A DNA stretch of 63,659 nt, filler included, from Octopus bimaculoides (Eukaryota): assembly GCF_001194135.2 (NCBI RefSeq). It is 8 parts of 7 records of this genome, joined end to end, with 100 filler letters (N's around TTAATTAATTAA, not from the genome) between each part and the next. Parts side by side here need not be neighbours in the genome. Positions count along the whole stretch, not along the records: positions 58,608 to 63,659 come from NC_069005.1; 7 more parts are not named here. One strand, given 5' to 3'. Below, piece after piece: positions 63,240 through 63,659 of this stretch. Both the position numbers and the translations under genes were made by a program. The first letter of the stretch is position 1, and every line of letters begins with the position of its first letter. The notes beneath the pieces were generated by a model. The model was not told the DNA's origin, did not search any database, and was given only the letters and a program-made list of their open reading frames with translations.

Positions 63240-63481
63240 GGTATTAAACACACCGGACAGAATGCTTAGCAATATTTTTTTGTTTGTCTTTACGTTCTGA
63301 GTTCAAATTCCACCGAGGTCAACTTTGCCTTTCGTTATTTTGGGGTCGATAAAGTATTGACTCCGAAACGATGAAAGGAAAAGCTGACCTCGGCGGAATT
63401 CGAACTCGGAACTTAGCAACGGGCAAAATATCGCTAAGCATTTCATTCAGCATGCTAACGAATCTGCCAGCTCGTTGCCTT
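63240..63481. mobile_element. Two 3'-truncated SINE family A copies in tail-to-tail inverted orientation
   Basis: Plus copy about 63240-63355, minus copy about 63362-63481. Confidence 0.85.
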
Positions 63482-63659
63482 AATAATAATAATAATAATA
63501 ATAATTATGATGATAATAATCTTCACTTACCATCATTGCTGTACATGGATAGTTGAACTGTGAAATTGATGGTAGACAAATGTCCAAAAAACACAGAAAG
63601 ACTGCTCTCACTACAATAATAAAGATAATCTGCAAATATAAATTGAGAAAAACAGATTA

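Overview
Eukaryotic, AT-rich, gap-riddled draft sequence dominated by microsatellites, tRNA-derived SINEs and decayed transposons. The repeat landscape looks like a coleoid cephalopod, probably Octopus (inference, not verified). No complete protein-coding gene, rRNA, tRNA gene or CRISPR array is visible. Recognisable coding remnants are two hAT (Charlie/GTF2IRD2-like) transposase relics, a Tc1/mariner C-terminus, an R4/Dong-like non-LTR element (RT fragment on minus, CCHC + restriction-like endonuclease on plus) and a solo-LTR-like insert. One plausible host exon lies on minus at 60546-60814, with weaker candidates elsewhere. The main signal missed by the ORF track is RNA-level: seven well-formed or near-intact minimal type I hammerhead ribozyme (HHR) motifs plus two decayed ones, from at least five unrelated repeat families. 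Most have a family-specific palindromic stem III, and several sit in the tandem or inverted arrangements typical of Penelope-like elements (PLE) and retrozymes. One family puts the HHR behind a tRNA-derived Pol III head, i.e. a candidate ribozyme-bearing, PLE-mobilised SINE. All structures were folded by eye and all family names come from motif recognition, not database searches. Repeat boundaries are approximate to about 10 bp.
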